The notes beneath the pieces are model-generated. The model made no database searches and was not told where the DNA came from. It saw nothing but the letters and a program-made list of their open reading frames with translations. From Candidatus Aenigmatarchaeota archaeon (GTDB taxonomy: Archaea > Aenigmatarchaeota > Aenigmatarchaeia > CG10238-14 > SpSt-28): a DNA stretch of 64,000 nt. Below, piece by piece: positions 7,606 through 17,473 of the stretch. Each line of letters begins with the position of its first letter. The stretch's first letter is position 1. The DNA lies in contig JAWBMD010000004.1 in NCBI GenBank assembly GCA_039000985.1, positions 2,345-66,344 on the forward strand. The letters are read 5' to 3'. Both the position numbers and the translations under genes were made by a program.

Positions 7606-8934
7606 GTGAGAAAGAATTACTTAAATTAATAAAAGAAGGTGAATCGGAAACAACAGAGTTAAAGTTAAAGGTTGATGAAGAACTTGGAAAAGTTATCTGT
7701 GTTTTTGCCAATAGTAAAGGGGGAGTTATTTTAGTTGGAGTTAACAATGGATGAAGAGAAAATTGCAAACATAGCAAGCTCGTGCATACCACCAATAAGG
7801 GTGAAAACTAAAAAAATGTTGTTAAAAATTATTGTACCAAAAACTAATGAAATACATTCTTTCAAGAATATAGTATATATTGGGGTAGCTTCCAGTAATA
7901 GAGCCTTAGCTCCAAATGAAATTATTAACCTAGCTCAAAAGCTTGGAAAAGTTTACTGGAATTCTTTAATTTGTGAAGAAGCTACTTTGAAAGATATTGA
8001 TGAAGAAAAAGTTAGATGGTTTTTAAGAAAAGCCAAAATAGAAAGAAGTTTTGACATAGATTTTGAAACTCCAGTTAAAGAAGCTTTGGAGAGGCTAGGA
8101 TTAATAAAAAATGGGAAATTAACAAACGCTGCTATTTTATTATTCGGAAAAAATCCTGAGAAATTCTTTTTGCAGGCTGAAACAAGATGCGCTCGCTTCA
8201 AGGGAACTAGACCAATAGAGTTTTTGGATATGAAGGTTTTTGGTGGAAACATTATAGATCAAATTGAGAAAGCATTGAACTTTGTTCTTGAACATATTTC
8301 AATGAGAATCGAAATTAAGGGCAAAGCAGAAAGAGAGGAAATATATGAATATCCACCAGATGCTATAAGAGAAGCTATTGTAAATGCAATTTGTCATAGA
8401 GATTATACCATACCTTCTAACGTTCAAATTAGAATTTTTGATGATAGAATTGAAGTATGGGGATGTGGACCTTTGCCAGAACCTTTGAAACCTGAAGATT
8501 TTAAAGGAAGACACAAATCAATTTTAAGGAATCCTTTAATTGGTAGGTCTTTCTTTTTAATTAAGTTCATAGAAGAATGGGGAACTGGTACAAATAGAAT
8601 GATTGAAGCCTGCTTAAAACATGGTATACCCGAGCCTGAATTTGATATGGTTGAAGGAAACCTTGTTGTTACTTTCAGAAAGGATATTTATACCGAAGAT
8701 TATTTAAGAGAGTTAGGACTAAAAGAAAGGCAAATAAAAGCAATTAATTATATTAAAGAAAAGGGAAGAATAACAAGGGCAGAGTATGTGAAATTATGCG
8801 GATGTTCTGAAAGAACAGCTCTTAATGACCTTGTAGAGTTGGTTAATAAAAATATTCTTGTTAGGGCTGGTGAGGGTAAAAAAACTTACTATATCTTGCG
8901 CGCAAAAAGGAGCTTGAAAAGAGACAATAGATGA
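7602..8934 (+). pseudogene. COG2865-type protein (AlbA_2/Schlafen-like N-domain + HATPase_c_4 + C-terminal wHTH), interrupted by a frameshift near 7735-7754
   Basis: The N-terminal part (MSEKELLKLIKEGESETTELK...VFANSKGGVILVGVNNG) stops at 7752-7754. The domain continues in another frame (DEEKIANIASSCIPP...). The C-terminal part carries REAIVNAICHRDY and a wHTH. The break is not at a homopolymer. Confidence 0.7.
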
Positions 8935-11447
8935 TTATGAGAAAACCAGAAAAATTGACTAAAACAGTATTAATTGAAATTAGACAAAAACTCTTAACAA
9001 AACTTAACATAGTACTAATTTTAATTTTTTTCATTCACAAAACAGTTATTGTAAATACTCAATTTTTAGACCCAACAAAACAATTTAACCAAACTTCTTC
9101 AATAAACATAACTGGATATGCTTCTACAATTCTTCAATCAGAAATAGATTCAGCATTAAATATTAATTCAGATGGCTTAACTTGGGATGTTACTGAAGCT
9201 GATGTTACTCCACCTTTTCTTGGTCCGACAATATTCACTACTCATCAGGTCGAATCTTTATCCGTTACTCCTCTAGATTCTAATAGAATAATTTTAGCTT
9301 GGTGTGATGAAGTAAGCAAATCAATAAACTTTAAAATTTACTCTACAACAGGAGAAGTTTTAGTTGATACAGTAACAGTTGATACAAGTCCCGGAATAAC
9401 AAATGCATGTGATTATAATTCTGTTTCTGTTTCAGCTTTAAATTCAACTCATTTTGTAATAGCTTGGTTTGATGCTAGCGAACAAGATGTTTCGTTTGCT
9501 ATCTATAATTATTTAGGAAATTTGAATATTGGACCAATAGATGAAGATACGGCTGTAGGAACAAATAGTTGGGGCGTTTCTGTTTCAGCTTTCAATTCAA
9601 CTCATATTGTCATTGGATATTATGATTATGTAGATCAAGACGCTACCTTCTCAACTTGGAATTTGGTTACACAAACAAGAGTTGCTAGACCTATAGATGT
9701 TGATACAGCTGTTGGTGCAGATAGCTACAATGTTCATGTAGCAGCCTTGAATTCTACTCATTTTGTTTTTTTCTATTATGATGCTGGAGCTACTGACGAT
9801 GCAACCTTTGCTATATATACAATAACAGGAAATGTTGTAATAGCAGCTACAGACGAAGATACAAACATAGGAAATTCTTATTCTTTAGCTTCAACTGTTC
9901 TAAACTCGAGTTATTTTGTTCTTGCCTATTATGATGCTGTGGATGCAGATATTACTTTTTCTATTTATAATAGTGCTGGAACAAGAGTTGTTGGTCCAAT
10001 AGATGAAGATATAGATGTGGGGACAAGCGGAGCTTTTGTCTCTGTATCGGCTTTGAATTCAACTCACTTCGTGATAGCTTATTATGATACTATAGATGGT
10101 CAACATACTTTTTCAATTTATAACTGGAATACAAGGATTGTCGGACCTGTAGATGTTAGCAATGTAGCATCTGGTTTAAAATGGCTATCCGTTTCTTCTT
10201 ATCTTGCTGGAATTAATTTGGGGATTTGTAACCAAAATTTCGTCTTTGCAGAAGTTAATGCAACAAACAGTGCAAGATTTTTCACTTATACTCCATCTGG
10301 GACAGCATGGAACGGCTACTGCTCACCGATTTATCAAGTAACTGTTGAACATAATTCAACTATAAGCTATGTTGGAAATTTGGTTAGTTTGAATGTTTCG
10401 ATAAACTTCACTTCTACTGTTGATGATTTATATAATATGAGTATTTACGATTTTGTTAATTCAAGATGGGATTCTTCTCAATGCCAAAATATTTCGGTTA
10501 CTGCTGGTAATTATTATTTGATTTGGTGCAATATTACTACTAATCCAACAAACTATGTATCTGGAAATATAGTAGCAATAAGACTTAATTCTTCAATAGA
10601 TACAGATAAGGGAACTTTGAAAGAAGAATATGTTCAATTTTATGTTGGTTATTCTGTTGGATATTTAGAAGTTGAATTAGTACAACCAAATCCTTTAACA
10701 ATTACATACATAATACAAAACAACACATTCATAGTTAATTCTACAGTATATTGTAGAAATGCGCCTTGTGGTGATGTTTATGGTACATTAATGTACAACC
10801 TATCTTCTCCTTATCCTGATACACCAATAAACACAAGCTATGGTGATAAACCATTTTTTATAAATGAAACCCCGGCACAAGCAACAAAAGCTTGCCCGAA
10901 CAATCCTTTAAATGCAAATGATTTTTGTAATTTAACATGGATTATTAATGCTAGCGGAGAAATAAATACTAATTGGAAAATTGGTGTATTATTTAATTCA
11001 TCATTTGCTGATGTTGAAAAAAATCATACATCAAATGCAACAATTTCAATAGTTGGTTGTACAATATCTTTTACTTTACAATTTTCAACAATAGATTTTG
11101 GAAATCTTTTACCAAGAACATATAATAACTCCGCAATTGGAAACTCAAACAATTTATATAATATTACTGTGAATGAAGGTAGTTGTAATTTAAATTTATA
11201 TATTAATGGAACAGACCTTGTAAATCAAACATTTAATTCTTTTATTAAAGTTGGAAATATTAGTTGGAGTAACATAAGTAGTAATATGGATGATGGATAC
11301 TTTCCTTTATCTTATTCAGAATCTCTTATAAGAGCAAATGTCCCTGCAAACACAAATGTAACAACATGGTATTGGATAAATGTACCATCTGTATATGCTG
11401 GTATTTACAAAGGAAACATAAGTATAAAAGCAGAAAGAAGTAGCTAA
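8931..11447 (+). CDS. Large membrane-anchored or secreted surface protein with seven ~50-aa repeats and a sequon-rich, Cys-containing C-terminal half
   Basis: N-terminal hydrophobic helix (LNIVLILIFFI). Seven repeats of consensus vSVSALNSTHFVIAyYD..d.d.tFsIYn..g..v.gPiDeDt.vG. More than 30 N-x-S/T sequons counted by eye. ATGA overlap with the upstream gene. Confidence 0.75.
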   Translation: MIMRKPEKLTKTVLIEIRQKLLTKLNIVLILIFFIHKTVIVNTQFLDPTKQFNQTSSINITGYASTILQSEIDSALNINSDGLTWDVTEADVTPPFLGPTIFTTHQVESLSVTPLDSNRIILAWCDEVSKSINFKIYSTTGEVLVDTVTVDTSPGITNACDYNSVSVSALNSTHFVIAWFDASEQDVSFAIYNYLGNLNIGPIDEDTAVGTNSWGVSVSAFNSTHIVIGYYDYVDQDATFSTWNLVTQTRVARPIDVDTAVGADSYNVHVAALNSTHFVFFYYDAGATDDATFAIYTITGNVVIAATDEDTNIGNSYSLASTVLNSSYFVLAYYDAVDADITFSIYNSAGTRVVGPIDEDIDVGTSGAFVSVSALNSTHFVIAYYDTIDGQHTFSIYNWNTRIVGPVDVSNVASGLKWLSVSSYLAGINLGICNQNFVFAEVNATNSARFFTYTPSGTAWNGYCSPIYQVTVEHNSTISYVGNLVSLNVSINFTSTVDDLYNMSIYDFVNSRWDSSQCQNISVTAGNYYLIWCNITTNPTNYVSGNIVAIRLNSSIDTDKGTLKEEYVQFYVGYSVGYLEVELVQPNPLTITYIIQNNTFIVNSTVYCRNAPCGDVYGTLMYNLSSPYPDTPINTSYGDKPFFINETPAQATKACPNNPLNANDFCNLTWIINASGEINTNWKIGVLFNSSFADVEKNHTSNATISIVGCTISFTLQFSTIDFGNLLPRTYNNSAIGNSNNLYNITVNEGSCNLNLYINGTDLVNQTFNSFIKVGNISWSNISSNMDDGYFPLSYSESLIRANVPANTNVTTWYWINVPSVYAGIYKGNISIKAERSS
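9258..10316 (+). repeat. Seven tandem intragenic protein repeats (period ~50-53 aa), consistent with a 7-bladed beta-propeller
   Basis: Repeat starts were read at aa 110, 165, 215, 268, 319, 370 and 419 of the 838-aa ORF. Confidence 0.7.
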
Positions 11448-11525
11448 AAAAAGATTACTTTGAATTAACAATTGACAATAAAATAATAATCAATAATCAA
11501 AAGAATAATTATAACAAAATTTTAA

Positions 11526-11883
11526 GAAGCTGAAATTTTAAAAGAAAAAGCTCTTTAATTCCTAGAGACAGCAAAATATTTATTAAAAAAGAAAAACTTT
11601 GATTTGGCTGCATTTAATCTTGAGCAATTTTTTCACCTCTATTTAAAACATAAATTATTTCTTCTTTTTAGAGATTTCCCAAAAACACATTCGATTACCT
11701 TTCTCCTAAGAGAGCTTCTAAAAATTAGAAAAAAAGACTGAAATTAAAAATTTTTAAACGAAAACATAACCATAATCAAAAATTTGGAAAATGCCTATAT
11801 TTCATCAATTTGAGAAAGCTGAAGTTGCAAAAAGTTTAAAGAATTTGTTGATAAGCTATGAAAAGCTTCTTACAAGTGCTTAG
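11526..11883 (+). pseudogene. Decayed HEPN-domain gene (partner of the downstream MNT)
   Basis: The translation reads ...FLETAKYLLKKKNFDLAAFNLEQFFHLYLKHKLFLLFRDFPKTHSITFLLRELL...NLENAYISS. This has HEPN-like helices and a decayed R-x4-6-H region. It is broken by in-frame TAA/TGA stops (the first at 11556-11558) plus a frameshift before the tail FEKAEVAKSLKNLLISYEKLL. Confidence 0.6.
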
Positions 11884-12205
11884 CGAAATTGAAAGAGAAA
11901 ACAAGAAATATTTTAAGAATTATATAAAATATGCAAAAATTGCTAAAGTAGTTAGCAAAAGAGAGCTGGGTGGGGTGAAAGTTTTTGTTTTTGGTTCAGT
12001 TATAGAAGGACTAGCAACTCCGGCTAGTGATATAGATTTACTCATAGTTTCAAAAAATATGCCAAGTTTGATGAATGAACGAGCAAAATTAAGTGTAAAA
12101 ATTCTAAAGAAAATTGGTTTACTTTCATCTTTTGAAATTCACTTAGTAAATGAAAGAGAATTTGAATGGTATAAAAGATTTATAAAAAGAAAAATTGAAA
12201 TTTAA
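11858..12205 (+). CDS. Minimal nucleotidyltransferase (MNT, pol-beta superfamily)
   Basis: GS...D-x-D motif: FGSVIEGLATPASDIDLLIV. The size is 115 aa. It overlaps the end of the HEPN remnant. Confidence 0.8.
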   Translation: MKSFLQVLSEIERENKKYFKNYIKYAKIAKVVSKRELGGVKVFVFGSVIEGLATPASDIDLLIVSKNMPSLMNERAKLSVKILKKIGLLSSFEIHLVNEREFEWYKRFIKRKIEI

Positions 12206-12436
12206 GAAGCCTGTTCCACTAAAATTTGTGACTTGAAGTATTCTTGACCCTTTACTTGATTGCAACATTGAATAATCGGTAACTCGAGTTTTAACACTTT
12301 GCCTCCAAAAGACTTATCCTAAATATATCAAACATTTATCTAGAGAAAGAAACTAGCAACATTGAAATTTCTACAAGCTAAAATATAGTAACTAATTCAA
12401 AAGTATTCCACATGTGGGGCATAGTAGAAATAGAAT

Positions 12437-12511
12437 TGCCCCCACCGGGATTTGAACCCGGAATCTTTGCCTCCGCAGGGCAACGTTTTATCCAAATTAA
12501 ACTATAGGGGC
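12437..12511 (-). tRNA. tRNA-Arg (anticodon GCG)
   Basis: Hand-folded cloverleaf: acceptor GCCCCTA/TGGGGGC, D stem GTTT/AAAC, anticodon stem TTGCC/GGCAA with loop CTGCGGA, T arm CCGGG-TTCAAAT-CCCGG, discriminator A. CCA is not encoded. Confidence 0.9.
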
Positions 12512-12543
12512 TTAAATTTATTTTTGAAAAGCAAGATTAAATC

Positions 12544-13641
12544 ATGGAAAAAGTTACGATATCAGCAATAAAAGCCGATATAGGAGCTGTAGGTGGGCAT
12601 ACAAAACCGAGTAAAGAAGTTTTGGAAGAAATAATATCAACAGTAAAAGAAAGGAAAGATTTAATAAGAGATTTTTATGTTGGATTTTGTGGAGATGATA
12701 TTCACATAATAATGACACATTTCAATGGAATAAATAACCCAGAAGTACATAAATTGGCATTTGATGCTTTTGTTAATGCAACAGAAATAGCTAAGGAACA
12801 AGGACTATATGGGGCTGGTCAAGATATATTAAAAACAGCATTTTCTGGAAATGTAAAAGGTATGGGGCCCGGGGTTGCTGAAATGGAATTTGTTGAAAGG
12901 CCAAATGAAGCTGTTATTGTATTTCCAGCAGATAAAACCGAACCTGGTGCTTTCAATTTACCTTTATACTATGCATTTGTAGAAGTTTCAAGAAGTCCTG
13001 GATTAATTTTAAGTCCATCAATGAGAAAAGGTGTAAAATTTGTTATAATGGATGTTAGCTATACAGAAAGAGATAAAATAATAGAGCTTTTCACTCCGGA
13101 AAACTACATAGATATTGCTTCCTTGCTTTTCAATCCACATAGATTTGTTGTTGAATCGATTTGGCTAAGAGAAAATAATGAACCAATTGTTTCTGTAAGC
13201 ACAACAAGATTGCATAATATAGCTGGTAGATATGTTGGTAAAGATGACCCTATAATGATAGCTAGAGCACAAAAACCATTTTTAGCTACAGAAGAAATTT
13301 GCTCAGTTTTTGCAATAGCTCATTATGTTGGAGGAGATACGAGAGGTTCTCATAACATGGCATTAATGCCAGTAAAGCTAAATTCTCAAGCATCAACATA
13401 CTTATGCAATCCGATGGTTAGCTGTTTAGTAATGTCGATAAAAAATGGAAAAATAACTTCTTACATAGATGGATTTGATGATCCAATATTTGAAGAAGTT
13501 AGAAGAAAGGCTACAGGAAAATCATTTTATATGAGGGAACAAGGATTTATTATGCCAGCAATGTTACCCATGGAGGAAATAGAATATACCGCATTAAAAG
13601 AAAAAATAGAAGAACTAGAAAAGAAATTCATATTGAGGTGA
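12544..13641 (+). CDS. fbp: Fructose-1,6-bisphosphate aldolase/phosphatase (class V FBPase)
   Basis: The N-terminus ISAIKADIGAVGGHTKPS and the 365-aa length are typical of the archaeal bifunctional enzyme. Confidence 0.85.
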   Translation: MEKVTISAIKADIGAVGGHTKPSKEVLEEIISTVKERKDLIRDFYVGFCGDDIHIIMTHFNGINNPEVHKLAFDAFVNATEIAKEQGLYGAGQDILKTAFSGNVKGMGPGVAEMEFVERPNEAVIVFPADKTEPGAFNLPLYYAFVEVSRSPGLILSPSMRKGVKFVIMDVSYTERDKIIELFTPENYIDIASLLFNPHRFVVESIWLRENNEPIVSVSTTRLHNIAGRYVGKDDPIMIARAQKPFLATEEICSVFAIAHYVGGDTRGSHNMALMPVKLNSQASTYLCNPMVSCLVMSIKNGKITSYIDGFDDPIFEEVRRKATGKSFYMREQGFIMPAMLPMEEIEYTALKEKIEELEKKFILR

Positions 13642-14879
13642 AATTAGAATTTTTAGGAGCTTTGAATTGCATAGGAGCCTCGGCAGTTCATGTAAATACT
13701 GAAAAAATATCTTTATTGCTAGATTATGGTGCTAAAACAAGAGAAAAACCACCAAAACCACCTTTACCAATAAAGGGAAAAGTAGATTTTACATTTCTAA
13801 CACATGCTCATTTAGACCATTCTGGATTTTTACCAACTATTACTAAAAAATTCAATTCTTTTGTTTATTGTACAGATATTACAATGGAGCTTACAGAATT
13901 ACTTTTACTTGATAGCATAAAAATTAGTAAGGAAGAAAATTTTGAATTGCCGTTTAATAAAAAAGATATAACTGAGTTAAAAAGAAAAACTGTTTTTATA
14001 GAATATGATACAGAATATTATTTTGATAATGTAATGGTTAAATTTTTAGATGCTTGCCATATTCCTGGCTCTTCTCAAATATTAATAGAATTTAAAAACA
14101 AGAAAATTTTATATACTGGAGATTTCAACACAATAGAAACTAGGTTAATTAAAGCTAAAAAAGTAAAAGTAGAAAATCCAAATGCTTTAATAATTGAAAG
14201 CACTTACCATGATAGAGAGCATGAAAAAAGAGAAAAAGAAGAAAAAAGATTAGTTGAAATAGTAGAAAAAACAGTTGAAAATGGTGGAATTTGCTTAATA
14301 CCTGCTTTTGCAGTTGGAAGAGCACAAGAAGTTTTTTCAATTTTAACAAAAGAAAAAGTTCAATGCCCAATTTATATAGATGGAATGGCAAAAAGAGCAA
14401 CAATAATCATAAACAAGTATAAAAAATATTTGAAAGAAAAAGATATTATTGATAAAGCTTTAAAAAGTATTGAATTCGTGAATAAAAATAAAAGAAAAAA
14501 AGTACTAAAAGAAAAAAGCTGTGTAATAATTTGTGGTAGCGGATTTTTAGATGGTGGTATGGCAGAATTTTATTTCAAGAAAATAAAAGATGATGAAAAA
14601 AATAGTGTTGTTTTTGTTGGTTATCAAGTAAAAGATAGTAAAGGTAGAAAAGTTTTGGAAGAGAAAAAATACGAAAATGAAAAAGTGAAAGCTTTTGTAG
14701 AGAAAGTTGATTTGAGTGCACATGCGGGTAGAAAAGAATTATTAGAATTCATAAAAGATAATAATCCTGAAAAAGTTTTTTGCGTTCATGGTGAAAACAT
14801 AGATAGTTTTGTTAAAGAATTAAATGAAATGGGATTTGATGCAATTAATCCTTTAGAAGAAAAAGTTTATTCAATATGA
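13638..14879 (+). CDS. Metallo-beta-lactamase / beta-CASP family ribonuclease (aCPSF2-like)
   Basis: HAHLDH motif, DACHIPGS, ESTY, SAHAG and VHGE motifs. GTG start overlaps the fbp stop (GTGA). Confidence 0.75.
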   Translation: MKLEFLGALNCIGASAVHVNTEKISLLLDYGAKTREKPPKPPLPIKGKVDFTFLTHAHLDHSGFLPTITKKFNSFVYCTDITMELTELLLLDSIKISKEENFELPFNKKDITELKRKTVFIEYDTEYYFDNVMVKFLDACHIPGSSQILIEFKNKKILYTGDFNTIETRLIKAKKVKVENPNALIIESTYHDREHEKREKEEKRLVEIVEKTVENGGICLIPAFAVGRAQEVFSILTKEKVQCPIYIDGMAKRATIIINKYKKYLKEKDIIDKALKSIEFVNKNKRKKVLKEKSCVIICGSGFLDGGMAEFYFKKIKDDEKNSVVFVGYQVKDSKGRKVLEEKKYENEKVKAFVEKVDLSAHAGRKELLEFIKDNNPEKVFCVHGENIDSFVKELNEMGFDAINPLEEKVYSI

Positions 14880-15100
14880 ATAAATTACCTTTACATACAT
14901 TAAAGAACTTTTGCAAAAGTCTTGGTGCAAAAAGAGTTTCAAAGGAATTTTTACTAGAGCTTGAAAAAATTTTAATCGAGGATTTAGAAAAAATAGTTTT
15001 ATTAGCTATTGAATTCTCAAAAAACGAAAAAAGAAATACAATTTTGGAAAGAGATGTAGAAATGGCGATAAAAGAAATTATAAAAGAGGAAAATCTTTAA
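14876..15100 (+). CDS. Archaeal histone-fold protein
   Basis: 74 aa. LGAKRVSKEFLLELEKILIEDLEKIVLLAIEFSKNEKRNTILERDVEMAI matches the HMf-type pattern. Confidence 0.6.
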   Translation: MNKLPLHTLKNFCKSLGAKRVSKEFLLELEKILIEDLEKIVLLAIEFSKNEKRNTILERDVEMAIKEIIKEENL

Positions 15101-15590
15101 CAACTTTATATATAGGTCCTTCTCTAGTTAAAATGCTTTCAACAAAACTTATTTTCTCAACATTAAATTTTTTTCTTTCAGTTTTTATTAATGCAATTTT
15201 TTCTTTAAAAGTTTTTCTATCAAAAATTTCTTTTACCCTGGCTAAAGTCAAATGTGGCTCTTTATAATCGCCACCTATTTTTTCAGCAATTTTAGTTATT
15301 GAATTATTTTCATCAAAAACATTTAAGGCTATAACCCTAACAAAACTTTCATTAGGAATTAACTTAATACTATTTAACCCAACTTCAAATTTTTTAAACA
15401 ATTTTGCAATTTCATCTAATTGGGGCAAATATTTTTTTTCATCTATTTCACCAAGAAATGTTATTGAAATGTGTAAATTTTCTCTTTCTACAAATTTTGC
15501 TTTTAATGGTAAATTAAAGAGCTTTTCCTTTATACTTTCAACATAATCAACAATTTCTTTAGGAGGAAATATAGCAACAAATGCTCTCAC
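15078..15590 (-). CDS. RNA 2',3'-cyclic phosphodiesterase / 2'-5' RNA ligase (LigT/ThpR family)
   Basis: Two H-x-T/S-x motifs (LHISITF and PHLTLAR). Confidence 0.75.
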   Translation of the reverse strand: MRAFVAIFPPKEIVDYVESIKEKLFNLPLKAKFVERENLHISITFLGEIDEKKYLPQLDEIAKLFKKFEVGLNSIKLIPNESFVRVIALNVFDENNSITKIAEKIGGDYKEPHLTLARVKEIFDRKTFKEKIALIKTERKKFNVEKISFVESILTREGPIYKVVKDFPLL

Positions 15591-16378
15591 TCTATTAATT
15601 CTATTACATCTCTCTCTGTTATTATGCCAACTAACTTATCATTATCATCAACAACAATTAAACCACCTATGAATTTATCCTTTGTTAAACTTATAAACTT
15701 TGAAACATCTTCATTTTCATTAATTTTTAAAACTTCTTTAACAGCAATTTCCATAACATTTCTTGAAAGAATATTCTTTTTAAACTCATTGAGAGCTATG
15801 TATTTTATTAAATCTGCCAATGTTATTATACCAACTAGATTACCAGAATTATCCACAATTGGAAATCTTCTAAAGCCACTCATTATAAACGATTTTGCGC
15901 ATTCTTCTAAAGTAAAACTACTTTTTATAACCAAAGGTTTTTTTGTCATAACATCCTTTACTTTAATACCAAAATTTACATTTTCAAAAAGCCTTACAAA
16001 ATCTCTTTCAGTTACAACAGCTTTCAACTTTCCATTATTATCAACAACAGGAAAACCACCTCTCTTGCTAAATTTGAAAAGCTTCAATAAAAAATCTATA
16101 GTTTCATTTTCGTTTATAACAATAGGTTCTCTTAACATTATATCTTTAACTTTACTTTTTTCAACATCCAAAAAAACATAGCATTTTAAAGCATCTATTA
16201 AAGTAACAATTCCTGTAACAAAACCGTCTTTATCAATAACAGGAAGCCTTCTATAACCAACATACATTTTTTTGAGTAAATCAACAACTTTATCATTTTC
16301 ATAACAAAAAACAGGATTAGAAGATATTTTTATGACTTTTTCGCTCCTTTTTAAACTAGATTCCTCGATAAGTACCAT
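15587..16378 (-). CDS. CBS-domain protein (four CBS repeats)
   Basis: Repeated CBS pattern (GFPVVDNNGKLKAVVTERD, RFPIVDNSGNLVGIITLAD, GLIVVDDNDKLVGIITERD). Confidence 0.75.
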   Translation of the reverse strand: MVLIEESSLKRSEKVIKISSNPVFCYENDKVVDLLKKMYVGYRRLPVIDKDGFVTGIVTLIDALKCYVFLDVEKSKVKDIMLREPIVINENETIDFLLKLFKFSKRGGFPVVDNNGKLKAVVTERDFVRLFENVNFGIKVKDVMTKKPLVIKSSFTLEECAKSFIMSGFRRFPIVDNSGNLVGIITLADLIKYIALNEFKKNILSRNVMEIAVKEVLKINENEDVSKFISLTKDKFIGGLIVVDDNDKLVGIITERDVIELIE

Positions 16379-16924
16379 TTATTCTTGAAGAGCTTCATCC
16401 ATACAATTAGGGCAGAGCCATTTATCATCATATTGTCTTAATAAATCAGAATAATTTTCACAATAATCGCAAATACCAATAGTTGTTTGTTCTTTTATAA
16501 CAATCTCCTCTCCCCTCTCCTCTATTTTTTCTCTTAACATTTCATACATTTTTGAAGAACTTTTAGCTATATCTGTTAAAGATATTAAACCCACTGGCTT
16601 ACCTTTTTCATCAACAACACATAATCTTTTTACTTTATTTTTTTCCATTTTTTCAACTGCTTCCTCTAGCTTTCCTTCTGGGGAAATTTTTATCAATGGT
16701 CTCCCCATAACATTTTTTACTTTAACTTTTGATGGAAGCTTTCCTTCAGCTACAACTTTTTTAATAATATCGCTATCTGTAAGCATTCCAACAGCTTTTC
16801 CCCTTTTAACAACAATTAAACAACCTATTCTATTTTTTTTCATTAATTTAGCTGCATCCTTTATACTTTTTTCCATATCAATAGTAACTACTGGCTTGCT
16901 CATTATATCCTTAACTAATGCCAT
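16379..16924 (-). CDS. CBS-pair protein with C-terminal Zn-ribbon
   Basis: CBS motifs (GCLIVVKRGKAVGMLTDSD, RLCVVDEKGKPVGLISLTD) plus CDYC...CPNC. Confidence 0.75.
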   Translation of the reverse strand: MALVKDIMSKPVVTIDMEKSIKDAAKLMKKNRIGCLIVVKRGKAVGMLTDSDIIKKVVAEGKLPSKVKVKNVMGRPLIKISPEGKLEEAVEKMEKNKVKRLCVVDEKGKPVGLISLTDIAKSSSKMYEMLREKIEERGEEIVIKEQTTIGICDYCENYSDLLRQYDDKWLCPNCMDEALQE

Positions 16925-16954
16925 AATAAAATTTTTATTTAAATAAAATTAATT

Positions 16955-17473
16955 GTGACAGTACTATCTAGAGAAAAAATTTTAGAATTAATAAATAAAG
17001 GGGAAATAAAAATAACTCCATTTGAAAAATCCCAGGTTGGTCCGGCATCTGTAGATTTGCATCTAGGTAATAAATTTAGATTTTTTAATAGAGTTGAAAG
17101 ACCTTTTAAAATAAAAGAAAGTTCTGATTATAAAAAAATCACGCAATTAGTAGAACTTGGAGATAAAAGCTCTTTTCTTATATTGCCAGGAGAATTGGTT
17201 ACAGGAATAACAATGGAAAGAATAAAGTTGCCAAATTATATTTGTGGAAGAATAGAGGGGAGAAGTAGATTTGCTCGAACTGGTTTATTAATACACCTTA
17301 GCTCTGGTTTCATACAACCTGGCTCAGATAATAAAGTTGTTTTAGAAATAGTAAACATGTCACCAGTACCTTTAGCATTGACTCCTGGCATAAAAATTTG
17401 TCAAATAATATTTGAAACAATTGAAGGTGCTGCTGAATATAAAGGTAAATTTCAGTATCAAACAGAACCTTGA
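16955..17473 (+). CDS. dcd: dCTP deaminase family protein
   Basis: GPASVDLHLG and GRSRFARTGLLIH motifs. GTG start. Confidence 0.8.
   Translation: MTVLSREKILELINKGEIKITPFEKSQVGPASVDLHLGNKFRFFNRVERPFKIKESSDYKKITQLVELGDKSSFLILPGELVTGITMERIKLPNYICGRIEGRSRFARTGLLIHLSSGFIQPGSDNKVVLEIVNMSPVPLALTPGIKICQIIFETIEGAAEYKGKFQYQTEP

Noticed and set aside
11526-11883. Stop-codon reassignment as the explanation for the in-frame stops in the HEPN-like region.
   Set aside because: Both TAA and TGA interrupt it, and both are used as genuine terminators by dozens of well-supported genes in the window. A frameshift is also needed to recover the HEPN tail. Decay is the simpler reading.
12206-12436. A possible small RNA, or a remnant gene, in the 230-bp gap between the MNT gene and tRNA-Arg, which is locally less A/T-rich.
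   Set aside because: No C/D box (TGATGA/CTGA) pairs, no convincing extended stem-loops and no recognisable protein remnant were found by eye. A covariance-model scan would be needed.
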